Part shown: positions 32,152 through 43,294 of the stretch, in pieces
Layout: each line of letters starts with the position of its first letter
How positions within the stretch are numbered: the first letter of the stretch is position 1
Assembly: GCA_963833425.1 (NCBI GenBank)
Contig: CAWHXP010000002.1
Location: 320,001-384,000 of the forward strand
DNA length: 64,000 nt
Source of the DNA: an uncultured Methanosarcinaceae archaeon
GTDB taxonomy: Archaea; Halobacteriota; Methanosarcinia; Methanosarcinales; Methanosarcinaceae
Direction: 5' to 3'
Notes under the pieces: model-generated
Databases searched by the model: none
What the model saw: only the letters and a program-made list of their open reading frames with translations
Told to the model about the DNA's origin: nothing
Made by a program: the position numbers and the translations under genes

Positions 32152-32738
32152 TTCCCTCGACTCTTATGTACACGGATGCTGGGCCTCGTTTTTTCAGTGC
32201 CCTTACCGCGTGTAGACATACCTCTGCCCTTGCGACTGGCACTGGTCTTGCCTCTTGTAGCTCTACCCCTAACAGACGGAGCGCATATCCAATTAAGATT
32301 ACTGTCACTCTTTATTACAGGATGATGAGGGTCCACAAGGATGGCTTCATACCATATGTGCTTTCCATCCTCACCTACCCAGTAAGAGTTCAGGACCTCA
32401 AGGTTAGGGTACTTACGATCTGCACGAGCTTCAGCAATCCTCTGGATGCTCATGCCACCTGTGATTTTATTCTTTCCCATTTTTTGTGTCCTTCTTCCAC
32501 GATTGAATCTCGTTTTGCCAAGTCCCCCGCGGCGTACCTTTACCCTTGCAATAATTATACCCTGCTTAGCTTTATATCCAAGAGAACGAGCTCTGTCAAT
32601 TCGTGTGGGTTTTTCGATTCTGGTCACAGATCCCTGTTTTCTCCAAACCTGCAAGCGATCCCATCGGAGCTCTTTCACATATGTCTCCTCAGGGTTTTTC
32701 CATGCATCCCGTACATATCCATAAAAAGATTTTACCAA
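32148..32738 (-). CDS. rpl15e: 50S ribosomal protein L15e (eL15)
   Basis: [42 protein letters not shown] start. Confidence 0.99.
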   Translation of the reverse strand: MVKSFYGYVRDAWKNPEETYVKELRWDRLQVWRKQGSVTRIEKPTRIDRARSLGYKAKQGIIIARVKVRRGGLGKTRFNRGRRTQKMGKNKITGGMSIQRIAEARADRKYPNLEVLNSYWVGEDGKHIWYEAILVDPHHPVIKSDSNLNWICAPSVRGRATRGKTSASRKGRGMSTRGKGTEKTRPSIRVHKSRGK

Positions 32739-32760
32739 ATTAAAACACCAAGTTTCATTT

Positions 32761-32828
32761 ATGTTTCACGGTTCAACCCTGTATGCAGGGTCACACTCCA
32801 ACGGGAACTAATCCCGAAAATGAAACAT
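32761..32828 (-). promoter_or_regulatory. Structured 5' leader of rpl15e (eL15-Euryarchaeota r-leader-like)
   Basis: Closing stem ATGTTTCA/TGAAACAT encloses hairpins CGGGA-TTAGT-TCCCG and ACCCTG-CATA-CAGGGT, about 22 nt upstream of the start codon. Confidence 0.75.
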
Positions 32829-33557
32829 GCGATACAAAGGAATAATCTGATTTAAATCTTTGCCCCTTCAGAGACATTTCAAAAGCAAATAATTCTTCAA
32901 AAAAATTCATAGAAAAGGAATATAGGAACAGAAATTTAGGGAACTGGTTATTTTTATAGGAATGATTGAATATTATCTATTTGCTTGTCCAATCAATATT
33001 ATTAGTGTTTTAAAAGATCTAAATGTGGTAAGTCCCTTAATGTCCACTTTAAATCCGTAATTTCATAATTTTTTGTAGGTGCATTTTCAAATTTAACTTT
33101 TTTTCATATTCTTATGCCGAACCGCCTGCTCTCTACAGAAGCTAAATTGGTGCAGTAGAATATGATTCAATACATTGAGAACTGTACTTTTTTCGAAAAC
33201 TAGCATAAAATTTTCGGATAACATGCACAATAAATTAAAATATTTTTGCTTCAACTTTTTTGACTATTGATTGCATCATTACCTTATGAAAGAAAGTTAT
33301 CCCACATTTGATTTTTCAAAACCGTTCTAAAATTAATTAGTGAATGTCATCAAAGGCTCAAATGTGACTTTGATAAAGTATGCCAAATTGTCTTTTATGA
33401 ATCTTCATTAACCAAACAAATTTAGTGATCTGAATTGTAATAAAAATGAGAGATAAATCGGTATCCTCTTACATATATTTTAACTAAAATAGATGTATCC
33501 AATTACTTACTGGCGAAAAATAGGGAAATCATGATTAACAGCTGATAGTTAATTAAA

Positions 33558-34689
33558 GAGGATTTCGATAAACTTCGGATTTTATTTCTTAGCAGTAATT
33601 TCTCAGATCTTCCCCTCAATTTCTCTATTTGATTCCTCTTTTTGGCTTTACTTATTCTCAATTCTTTGATTTTAAGGATAGCTTCTGCTATCTTCAATAT
33701 ATTTTTTTATTTTCAGTGTCCTCAATTGATGAAGATTATAACAAAAAGCCGTACACAACATTTTTAGATTTACTCTTTTAACAGTAGTAACAAAAACTCT
33801 TCCTGCCTTGAAAATTTCTTTCGTTACTGAATAAACTCCTTCTACTGGGACTCTTTTTGAGCTAATTTTCTTATTTCTGAATATATCCTTTATTCCCAGC
33901 GTATGTCCTTTGACTGCTCTTTTCATTGTTGCATTATACCCTTTCGTTTTTGCTCCAAAGTATCCTCTGTCCCTATAAACCACTTCATTTCCCTCTGTCA
34001 CATCTACATACGAATCATGTACTTACTCAGTTGTTGTTTTGAATCTTCTGATCAGCTCATAATCTCTGTCTATTATATTATGAAGCTTATATCCAAAATG
34101 AGACTTACCTCCCTTCTTTGTCCATGTTCCGTCTCTGATTCTTCTTGTTTTTGCCTCGTCTCTCTGCTTTTGCATGTCATGGATCTGAATGGATAGAAGT
34201 AACATCCTGAATCAGTCCCTGCTTTATCTGGAAACCCAGAGTATCAAGTTGGCTTTGCAACTTTCCCCATATTTTCTTTGAAATCCTCGATAATTCTCTC
34301 CCTAAATAGCCATACAGTAGTACTGTCAGGTATGTATTCAGGAAATACAAGGAATTTCCTAAAAGAAATTCGATCTATACAATGTTTCTCAAGTTCAAAA
34401 TCAGAGAGCACATGCCATTGTTGTAAAACAAGCATTTTGAACATCACAATGACATCAGTTTCAGGTCTCCCTCCTGGAAAGGATTTGTTGATATACATAG
34501 ACTCAAGAATAATACGAAACGTTTTCCAATCAATTAAGGAAGCAATTTCAGCAAGGTTATCTCCAACAGCTTCAAGAAGTTTATACTCTTTTTAAGAGCA
34601 AAATCAGTAAGTGTTTTCATGAATATACATAAATATTGACAAATTTAAAGTCAACCATGCTCAAGAGCATGGAGGTTATCCAAAATCTC
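33558..34689 (-). mobile_element. IS5-family element copy 3, transposase disrupted
   Basis: Both TIRs present; flanks TAAA/TATA do not match. Confidence 0.93.
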
Positions 34690-35374
34690 TATAATTATAG
34701 TAGTAGCGAGTGTCTCGATAAATGTTGTAAAGAAGCCCTATAACCCTGATTATAGAACATGTGAAAGTGGAGTGACATTAAAAAACAATTCTACAGGTCA
34801 ATTGCTGAAGTTCTTAAAATTCCCAGTTGAAATGTAAAATTTTGGAGCATTCTATCAAGCCTGCCATTGATATTTGGATGTTTTCTTCAATGAGTATGTA
34901 GACACCTATTGAGGCAGTAAGTGATGTAATCATACTCTGAGAATTAAGTTATGTCAAAAGGTTGTTTGGAATGAAAACGCATAAGGCGCATAAAAACAAT
35001 TAAAAAATGGGGAGTCTAATATTTTTTTATATATTTTTAAATATGTGTAAATATGTCATGCCATTAAGTTATTAAGCGCTCCGAAAAATTGACAAGACTA
35101 CGTCAGATATATTTCTATTTGAAATTTGTTAATTTATATCTATTTTTGCCTATGCTTTTCTTAACTCAATCTTTCCATTAAATTAGGAATATAAAAATTT
35201 TCACAAATTTATATTCCAGTAAATGCCAAAAAAGTATTAAAAAGAAGAAGCTTGTTTATAAATCAATGAGTAAGGGTTTTCTATATCTCAGGTTTTTGCG
35301 TAGTTAACGAGATAATTAATTTGGCTATGCTTCGCCAGATCAGTACTGGACATAGTCAGTTTCAATATCCATGT

Positions 35375-35695
35375 CTATTTACTTATTTCCTTGTTCTTCA
35401 TGTGCTCCTTCTTCATCTCCAGATCCTTAATCTTGTCCTTCAGCTTCATTTCCTTCCTCTTAATTGCTCTTTCCAACTTTTCTTTCTTCTTTTCCAGGCC
35501 TGTGTACTTCTTGTCTTTCACGGACATGTTTTTCATTTCAATCCTCTTCATTTCCAGGTTCTTCATGTCCATGTTCTTCTCTTTAGTCACAACAGGTTCC
35601 GCGCTTACTGCTGCAACTGTCACCGATGCTACAAAAAGAACTACCAGCAAACTAGCTAGCACTTTTTTCATTCTAATAAATGACTGTTTTAACAT
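35375..35695 (-). CDS. Small secreted Lys/Met/Glu-rich protein
   Basis: Signal peptide MLKQSFIRMKKVLASLLVVLFVASVTVAAVSA, GGAGTG RBS, body with KNMDM/KNLEM/KRIEM pentads. Confidence 0.7.
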   Translation of the reverse strand: MLKQSFIRMKKVLASLLVVLFVASVTVAAVSAEPVVTKEKNMDMKNLEMKRIEMKNMSVKDKKYTGLEKKKEKLERAIKRKEMKLKDKIKDLEMKKEHMKNKEISK

Positions 35696-36069
35696 CCATT
35701 CCACTCCTTTTTATTAAATTTGATACAATTTTGGTCCGGTTAGAACTTGCACAGTAAATTGAAAAAATATTATTTTGATAATTTCACCTGCTGGAGATGG
35801 TATCCAAGAGACACTTGTGACTCTTCTACTTCTTTACTATTGGGTATGGAAGATATTTACTAGTAGAAGCTTCAAATAATGTAATTAAGAAGTGGGAACG
35901 AACTCCAGGAATCGAAATTACGCTCAGCTAGGTGAATCCTTGAATCTATTGATTAATATTTTTAGAGAAATCTATTTCAAACCCGAAGACACTTCCACTA
36001 ACTAATCTATCTACTGCAGCTTTGAAGCTTTCGTTTCAGCTATATATGGTAATATATTTACTAGTTTAG

Positions 36070-36858
36070 CTATTCATCATCAGATATGGCCTGACTATCA
36101 TCAGGTACATCCTGATCATCGCCATTTTCTCTATTAATGGCCATTCCTTTCGCAGCTTTTATCTCTCCAGTTTTCTTATTAATAGCCAACCCTTTAGCAG
36201 CTCTTATTTCTCCATTTTCATTACCTATGGCCATTCCTTTCGCAGCTTTTATTTCTCCAGTTTCTTTATTAACAGTCAATCCTTTAGCAGCTTTTATTTC
36301 TCCGTTTTCATTACCTATGGCCATTCCTTTCGCAGCTTTTATCTCTCCAGTTTCTTTATTAATAGTCAATCCTTTAGCAGTTTTTATTTCTCCGTTTTCA
36401 TTACCTATGGCCATTCCTTTCGCAGCTTTTATCTCTCCAGTTTTCTTATTAATAGCCAACCCTTTAGCAGCTCTTATTTCTCCATTTTCATTACCTATGG
36501 CCATTCCTTTCGCAGCTTTTATCTCTCCAGTTTTCTTATTAATAGCCAATCCTTTAGCAGCTCTTATTTCTCCATTTTCATTACCTATGGAAATGCCAGT
36601 CAAAGCTTTAATAATCTGTCCAGTTTCACGGTCCAAGACCATTCCTTTCACAGCTTTTATTTCTCCGTTTTCATTACCAACAGACGTTCCTTTCAAAGCT
36701 TTTATCTGTCCATTATCAATATCTATGACCACTATTTTTTTATCGTTAACCGCAGCAGGTTTCGCACTTACTGCTGCAAATGTTACTGATATTACAAAAA
36801 GAACTGCCAGCAAAATAGCCAGCCCTTTTGTTATTTTAATAGATGTTTGTTTCAGCAT
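36070..36858 (-). CDS. Secreted tandem-repeat protein (13 x ~15 aa)
   Basis: Signal peptide homologous to the neighbour's; alternating GEIKAAKGMAIGNEN / GEIRAAKGLAINKKT units; acidic C-terminal tail. Confidence 0.85.
   Translation of the reverse strand: MLKQTSIKITKGLAILLAVLFVISVTFAAVSAKPAAVNDKKIVVIDIDNGQIKALKGTSVGNENGEIKAVKGMVLDRETGQIIKALTGISIGNENGEIRAAKGLAINKKTGEIKAAKGMAIGNENGEIRAAKGLAINKKTGEIKAAKGMAIGNENGEIKTAKGLTINKETGEIKAAKGMAIGNENGEIKAAKGLTVNKETGEIKAAKGMAIGNENGEIRAAKGLAINKKTGEIKAAKGMAINRENGDDQDVPDDSQAISDDE
36122..36712. repeat. 45-bp tandem repeat with 90-bp higher-order period (coding)
   Basis: TTACCTATGGCCATTCCTTTCGCAGCTTTTAT recurs at 90-bp spacing (36221, 36311, 36401, 36491). Confidence 0.92.
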
Positions 36859-37639
36859 TCATTTCACTCCTTTATGAAATTGGACGTTTGTATGTGATTT
36901 TCAGTTTAACGATGCAAGTTCAGAACAAATATTAATGATCGTTAATATATATTAATTATTTTATATTAATTAATATTTATATTTTTAAAGTGCTACCTGT
37001 ATTTTTATTTATTGAATTTTATAGAGCCTACATGAAACGTAAATAACAAAGTATGTTCAAGAAGCAGATTTGATGGAGTATTCCCTAACTAGTAACCAGT
37101 ATTAAAATTAGTAGTTTCAATACTTATGGATAAAAGAAAATCTAAAAACAGAAGCTTTGCCAATAAAAATCCAAGAGTATAAAGAGCAGCAGAATTCTCG
37201 TGATATAAGCCAATAAAATACTTTCATGTAAGTGTTGTCTTTTGCATCAATAAAGAGGATCCTCTATTTAACGCAAAATCTATTGAATTCGAGAAAACAA
37301 CCAAGATTGCAATGTGCATTCCAAAGTAAAAATATTCGATGTATATCATCCAATGTAGATTATCCCACCTATGGGAATTCTAGCTCTGAGAGCAAGTGGG
37401 CAATGATAAGAGTAAAAAGAATTGATGTAAATAGCTCAGGACTCCACGTAAACTGAATCCAAAATGAGTTTTACTTTCACCCTTGGTGATCATTGTATGT
37501 ATTGCAAACAGAAGAATGACTATCACATCAAAAGGTAAAAAATCTGGATTAAAGAGAAATCGCATTCCTCCTTTCGAATCGAAGTTGAGGTGAAATTAGG
37601 GACAGTGAAATTTGCAAAGATCCCTAATCTAATATTGGG

Positions 37640-37900
37640 TTATTAGAATTAACCCTGTAATCGAAGAGATTTTTTGTGGCTCTCAGCCATCAAGCACGAA
37701 AGAGCATCCTAAGTGAATGAGTGACATATTAAGAAATCAGAGGATCAACTCAAAATAGCTACAGCGGAACAAGTTTGTGTAGTAACTAAAAAGATATTCA
37801 AAGCAGGAAAAGTTCTTGTCACTACTGTTCAAAGAGTGAGTAGAAGATTTTGGTAGCTTTTTGTCATAATATCTATTATGTGATTACAGTGGGAATAAAC
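37640..37900 (+). pseudogene. Older, divergent IS5-family transposase 3' relic
   Basis: SDILRNQRINSK and VTKKIFKAGKVLVTTVQRVS parallel the C-terminus of the young IS5 copies. Confidence 0.7.
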
Positions 37901-38177
37901 AAATAAGGGAGATGAAGACTATTTAAAATCAAACAATGATATACCTAAACTAAATAGGGTCAAAAACAGAAATTAGCGAGAAAAATTTGGACAGCATTCC
38001 AGCAAATGGAAAAATCAAAGATAAATTGGAATCCTCAGAAATTATTTCCAGTCATTAACAATTAACAATTGATTTTCAAAAAGCAGGAAGACTAATATCA
38101 TAGCAAATCTATATAAGCAATTATTGTCTCAAAATTCAAGCATTTTTGATAGAATTTTACTGTAAAGGGGTTTTAAT

Positions 38178-38939
38178 ATGTTCTCACTGAATGAACAGAA
38201 AGCTATCGAACTTGGACAAGCTGGAGAGAAAGCAGTAAGACAACAAAATGACTACGATGCACTTCAAAATGTTGAATACCTTCGGGAATTCGGGGAAGAG
38301 TTACTCGGGGCAAATTTGGAGACTGACTTAAAGAGAGTCGTAATTTCACTCCGGAATATAGGCAACAAAGCTATCCAGAAAAAGATTGAGAATGTTGTTT
38401 CCGCTGCTGTGGAAGTTCTTAAAACACTTGCTGAATTTACATTAGAAAAAAAATTCTCAATTGCGCTCTTGTCTTTTTCAAAAGCTTTGCAGGAAGTAGG
38501 AAAAGGAGCAGCACAATTTCAAATGCTTGATGCTGCAAAAAATGCTGTTGACACTCTTGAGATTATAGGGTCAGGTGCTGTTATAAATAAGATGGAGGTT
38601 GTGACCCTCTGGACGACTCTGGCACTTGAAGAAATAGATTATATTGCAAGTAGACAACAGCTGGAAGACTTAAGCAAAGCAGGAAAAGATGCAAGAGAAC
38701 GTATCATAAAATCCTCTGAAGCAGCAGATTTCATTCCAAGGGAACAGATCGAAAAATACCCTCAACTTATTGCCCATAGTGTAAGTGAATTTGCAGAACT
38801 TCAGAATATTCAGCCTGCAGGTTATGCGGGTAAGCTTAATGAGGAATTTTCAGAAGAAAAATATTTTGAGGAAGAGGCAATCGAAAGTGAAGAAGAAAAA
38901 CCTGAATATGAGCCTTCTGAAAAAAAAAATAATCCGTAA
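38178..38939 (+). CDS. Hypothetical alpha-helical 23-aa repeat protein with acidic tail
   Basis: 253-aa ORF, GGGG RBS-like site, periodic L..IG..A pattern. Confidence 0.8.
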   Translation: MFSLNEQKAIELGQAGEKAVRQQNDYDALQNVEYLREFGEELLGANLETDLKRVVISLRNIGNKAIQKKIENVVSAAVEVLKTLAEFTLEKKFSIALLSFSKALQEVGKGAAQFQMLDAAKNAVDTLEIIGSGAVINKMEVVTLWTTLALEEIDYIASRQQLEDLSKAGKDARERIIKSSEAADFIPREQIEKYPQLIAHSVSEFAELQNIQPAGYAGKLNEEFSEEKYFEEEAIESEEEKPEYEPSEKKNNP

Positions 38940-39034
38940 ATAGAGAAAAACTATTGCTTTTAAATCATCAATCTGACATTTTAATTTTTATGTTGAAAGG
39001 AGATTTTCATATTTAGAGGAAGAATTATATGATG

Positions 39035-39122
39035 GGGAATTTTGTTAGATTCCTAAATTTCATCATATGCTTTATAATAGTACACAAATGACTCGAGAAA
39101 ATAGAAGGTTATTGAAATTTCC
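39035..39122. mobile_element. Degenerate 88-bp MITE (subfamily 2)
   Basis: GGGAATTTTGTTAGATTCC ... AGGTTATTGAAATTTCC; internal AAATGACTCG.GAAAAT matches the reverse complement of the 1235 and 51455 copies. Confidence 0.6.
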
Positions 39123-39129
39123 CAATTTA

Positions 39130-40330
39130 GCATGAAAGTACGTGACTAAATTGGTTCCTCATGCATTCTCAAAGATCTCTTTTCTCACAATTACTATCAT
39201 TCCACTATTATTTGTATACATTCCTCAATTACAAAGATCAAAGTCTCTACAATCTGCCTAGGTTTAATTTCTTATTTCATACCCTTTTTCATCTCCATAA
39301 ATCTCATTATTTGTAATAAGATGTCACATTGTTGTGGCAAATTTTCCTTGTTAGGGCAATAATTGCTTTAGAATATCCATTTAAGTTTTTTTCGGGCAAT
39401 TTTTTTTACTTACTATTTTTTTTTCTTGCTGCTGCTTTAGTACTCTATGTTAAAATTCATTTTGCTTCCTTCTATCCTTTTTTGTGATTATACAATTATC
39501 GAATTTATCTACAAATTGGTATACAATCAGAACTATTCAAGCCGTGAAGCAAAATTAGCTCTTGGGCAAAAAAATATTTGAAACTACCTATTTCAGCAAT
39601 TAGAATTGCTCACAAATTTATTCCAATATCCTAAACTGAAATTAAAATACTAGTTTCCAGTTTATATTTCCAGGAAACATAATTAAAAAGTTATTCTCTA
39701 AAGTTCTTACACTACATCTCTATGAAGTATTTCTGTACAAAAATCTATCTTATCTGAACACTTCTTTACGAATATTTGGGCAAAGAATTTCTAAAATTTA
39801 GTCTACAGTAGCACCTAATGCGATTGATGGCAGTAATTGAGATACCTTTTTGCCAATAATATATGTCAGTACATAACTTAGATTAAACATTTTAGGTCTG
39901 AGAATAGAGTGAATTTCATTTTTGAGATTTGCTTTTTTTTGCACAGTTTGTGTCTTTGGAAAAATTGAGTGGAGAATCATTTCATCCAATGCAAATTGTG
40001 CAATAACTTTTGAATCTATCTCATTCGCTTTTTTGAGTGTAAATGTCCATAGCTCGTGCATTTCCAATTAGAACATGTAGATGCTTCAACAATGGACCAT
40101 AAATAGGAATCCAAAAGTCACTTGTTGATTCGCATCAGCAACGTTACATTTTTTGATATATTTCATTTTTCAAGGATAAAATTTCATCATCATTCTTCTC
40201 GAAACGTTGCTGATGTTTTCCAACTGATATACTGAGAAAGGTAGCAATAGACAAAAATTTGTGAATGCCTAAACCACAATATTTGGTTACTATTTCCGAC
40301 AATTAGATTATCAAATCTATTTTAGAAGTT
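39130..40330 (-). pseudogene. IS110-family recombinase/transposase relic
   Basis: Fragments CGLGIHK, ESTSDFWIPIY, GNAR..., IDSKVIAQFAL, LKNEIHSIL, AAARKK and GYSKAIIAL.RK in IS110 order, with many frameshifts. Confidence 0.8.
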
Positions 40331-40636
40331 GAATTGTCTTAGATGCAATTTGGCTTCCATGATCAAAATCATTTTTGAATCCTTGATGTCAATTAACTAA
40401 TTAGTTCTATAAAGATTTTGAAAACCAAAATTAGAACAAAATTCCTTCTAGATTTCTGTCGGGTCAATAGCCAAAAAAGAATAAAGAAGTAAGTACTTTC
40501 ATTTTTTTTGAGCCTGTAATTCGAAGAATTAAATATTTGTTTAGGTAGTTTGTTCTTAAATTTTCTTGATAGTAGTCACTCGAAACTACACCAAATCAAA
40601 AATACTGAAGTCCGATGATATAAATCATTTTAAATA

Positions 40637-41653
40637 TTAAAGTTGGATAGTTTTTCCTTTTTTGGCCCAACATTTTGGATAAGTTCCGGTTTCCATCATA
40701 ACTCTAATAGGAGTAGCTGCAAGACCAAAAGATGATTTGAGGATCTCCTCTGTGCTCATTTCAGCTTTTGCCAGAGCTACAAGCTCGCCTTTTAGGGTAA
40801 ATAACGCGACAATATCACCTTTCACAAGATTTGAATCCAGGCTCACAATACCAGGAATAGCTAGAGAAGCTCCTGAACATATTGCATCTCCCGAACTGTC
40901 CCTCAAGAGAATCTTGGGGATGTGAGAAACCGCCGATTCCATTGGTCTTATTACCCTCCTGATTTCGGATTCATCCCCACATTCCTTCCAGAAAACATAT
41001 GCATCTTTCAGGTCCTGTAGGGTAACAAGTGTTTTCTCAGTAAAAGGCCCGGCTTTTGTTCTTCTGAGTTCTTGCATATGTCCACCACATCCTAAAGCAA
41101 GCCCGATGTCGTGGCAGAGTTTTCTTATATAAGTTCCTGCCTCGCATCCTACACGAAAGAGCACAGATCTGCCCTCGATTTCAATTATTTCAAGATAATA
41201 TATTTTTCTTATTCTGAGTACGCGCTTTACAGCAGACTTAACAGGAGGGACCTGGTAAATGGAACCTGAAAACTCCTCACATACTTTTCGAACAAGTTTT
41301 GGAGGCATTTCTCTGTGAAGTTTCAGAAGACAAACGTACTCTTTTCCAGAAAGGCGAAGAGCTGAGACAGCTTTTGTAGCCTTTCCTAGAAGAGTAGGTA
41401 AAAGTCCAGTAACCTTGGGATCAAGAGAGCCAGCATGACCGGCTTTATTCACGTCAAGTATATCTTTTATCCAGGCTGCGACCTCGTGGCTTGTGGGCCC
41501 TCTAGGCTTATCAATGTTCACAACTCCTTTTTCTATATATTCAAGAATTGGGCGTTTTTCCGGATAACAGCCATAACATGGATTTGTCCAGGCGCCGGAT
41601 TTTCTGACTAGTGTTCTTTCAGTTTCTGATGGCAATTTGCTGACTTGTGACAT
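40637..41653 (-). CDS. cbf5: H/ACA pseudouridine synthase Cbf5 (TruB family)
   Basis: IDKPRGPTSHEV, GHAGSLDPKVTG, CEAGTYIRKLC, PUA domain. Confidence 0.97.
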   Translation of the reverse strand: MSQVSKLPSETERTLVRKSGAWTNPCYGCYPEKRPILEYIEKGVVNIDKPRGPTSHEVAAWIKDILDVNKAGHAGSLDPKVTGLLPTLLGKATKAVSALRLSGKEYVCLLKLHREMPPKLVRKVCEEFSGSIYQVPPVKSAVKRVLRIRKIYYLEIIEIEGRSVLFRVGCEAGTYIRKLCHDIGLALGCGGHMQELRRTKAGPFTEKTLVTLQDLKDAYVFWKECGDESEIRRVIRPMESAVSHIPKILLRDSSGDAICSGASLAIPGIVSLDSNLVKGDIVALFTLKGELVALAKAEMSTEEILKSSFGLAATPIRVMMETGTYPKCWAKKGKTIQL

Positions 41654-42131
41654 TTTTTATCGAAAACTCCTGAACTGTATATATGTGTGTCCAATATAGA
41701 TTAAGAACAAACTGCTAAGTTGATAATATTTGAAAATACGAATTTATAGATGTGTGAACATCAGAGATATATCATATTTATCTTTAATATTGCAGTAGGT
41801 ATTATAGCGAATACTTTCCTTACTTAGTATTGATCGATTTGTTTATCATAAGTTTCTTAGAGATTGAACATAACAATCGAAACGGACGCTTCATTTTAGA
41901 GTTTAGAAACTTAGAAATTTCTTCAATCTGGAAAAATAACCGTAGATCACTAATAAATCTTTATGCCAACATATGCTTAGACAAAGACTACTGGATACAT
42001 TTGATTGTTACTTCTCACTGTAGAAATCGGTTGTGAAAAACTCAAATATCTAGTACAGAATATCTACATTTTAATAGAATAAACTGTACGCTGTCTGGAA
42101 ATCAGACATTTTTAAGGACGGGGCTAAGAAA

Positions 42132-42674
42132 TTATTGTGGTCCAACAAGGGAATCAATAGCTACTCTTAGGATATCTAGAATCTGATATTGGTTCCATTT
42201 TTCAGAATCAATAACAATGTCGTAAATAGAGAGATCACCTATGTCAATGTTGTAGTAGTTTATATAGCGAAGAGCTTCGGATTTTTCCCTTAATACAGTT
42301 CTTTTGAACTCTTCATCAAAGGATACTGATTTATCCCGTTTCTGAATACGTTTAACTCGGATAGGTAATTGAGCCTTTATCCAGATTTTCAGTACATTTG
42401 GAACACCCACAGCCATATGGCCTGCGAGGCGACTTTCGAGAACTAGATTGTCCTGACTTCGGATAATAGCCCTCTGATTTTTATCGATAGCAAGGTCTAT
42501 TGAGGGATCTTTCTCGGCCATAGCTCCGAATTCTGCAAGGGTCATTCCTTTCTCCTTAGCCATTTTCCTGAAAATTTCTCCTGAGGAGATTAATTCAAGC
42601 TCATAGTATTCGCTCAGAAGCCTTGATGTAGTTGTTGTCCCACTCCCTGGAAGCCCGCTTACCGTTATTTGCAT
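42132..42674 (-). CDS. cmk: Cytidylate kinase (archaeal type)
   Basis: ITVSGLPGSGTTT, ESRLAG, DLSIYDIVID. Confidence 0.95.
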   Translation of the reverse strand: MQITVSGLPGSGTTTTSRLLSEYYELELISSGEIFRKMAKEKGMTLAEFGAMAEKDPSIDLAIDKNQRAIIRSQDNLVLESRLAGHMAVGVPNVLKIWIKAQLPIRVKRIQKRDKSVSFDEEFKRTVLREKSEALRYINYYNIDIGDLSIYDIVIDSEKWNQYQILDILRVAIDSLVGPQ

Positions 42675-43294
42675 CAGACCCCACCAATATTCAGCGCCTT
42701 TCTTATCAACTGGCTGACTCCAAGAGAAGAGATAAAGTACCAGTAAATCCAGTGCTGAAAAGGGCCAAAAGCATTAGAAGTAAGCAACTGTTTACCCCAA
42801 AACGGAAAAACTATTGTGGCAGATCCGTGACCGCTTATGTAATAGTAAATCCACATCAAAAGAGGAATGGAGATGATACTGATATAAGCCATAGGCTTAA
42901 ATTGCTGTTTGGACATCTTCATTTGGTCTTCCATCATATCCTTTCGTTGATCTTCGAGCTTTTTTAGCATGTAAGTGTTCTGAGAAAGCTGTGCCTCTCT
43001 AAATTCTTTCTGGAAAATTTTCATGCGTTCCTGGGTGTTTCTCATAAGATCCCAGTCGATTGTATACTTTTGGATTAGAGATGCATAAATAGCAGTTATA
43101 GCTGCCATTACTAAAAGGACTAGATGAAAATTCTCTTGTCCGACCAGGGCAAGTAAGGGATTCATTAAAACCCCAACAGTTTCCCCAACGGTCTGTCTGA
43201 AATTCTGTCCAAGAATCATTATCCCGAACATCAGTGAAAAACCGAAAGCTAGCAAAAATCGATCGATCTGCTTTTTTAATGTTTCTGAAACCAA
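42674..43294 (-). CDS. DUF106 / EMC3-TMCO1 (Oxa1 superfamily) membrane protein
   Basis: TM - coiled coil - QFKPM - TM - WIYWYF..S architecture; adjacent to cmk. Confidence 0.9.
   Translation of the reverse strand: MVSETLKKQIDRFLLAFGFSLMFGIMILGQNFRQTVGETVGVLMNPLLALVGQENFHLVLLVMAAITAIYASLIQKYTIDWDLMRNTQERMKIFQKEFREAQLSQNTYMLKKLEDQRKDMMEDQMKMSKQQFKPMAYISIISIPLLMWIYYYISGHGSATIVFPFWGKQLLTSNAFGPFQHWIYWYFISSLGVSQLIRKALNIGGV

Noticed and set aside
35783..35936. Inverted repeat TTCACCTGCTG / CAGCTAGGTGAA between the secreted-protein genes
   Set aside because: Short and gapped, with no target duplication and no second copy seen.
36122..36712. Repeat array as CRISPR or non-coding array; antisense 246-aa ORF 36137..36877
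   Set aside because: The period is a multiple of 3 inside an ORF with RBS and signal peptide; the antisense ORF is a shadow of it.
37020..37570. Hydrophobic minus-strand fragments suggesting a membrane-protein pseudogene
   Set aside because: Too degraded to assign to a family by eye.
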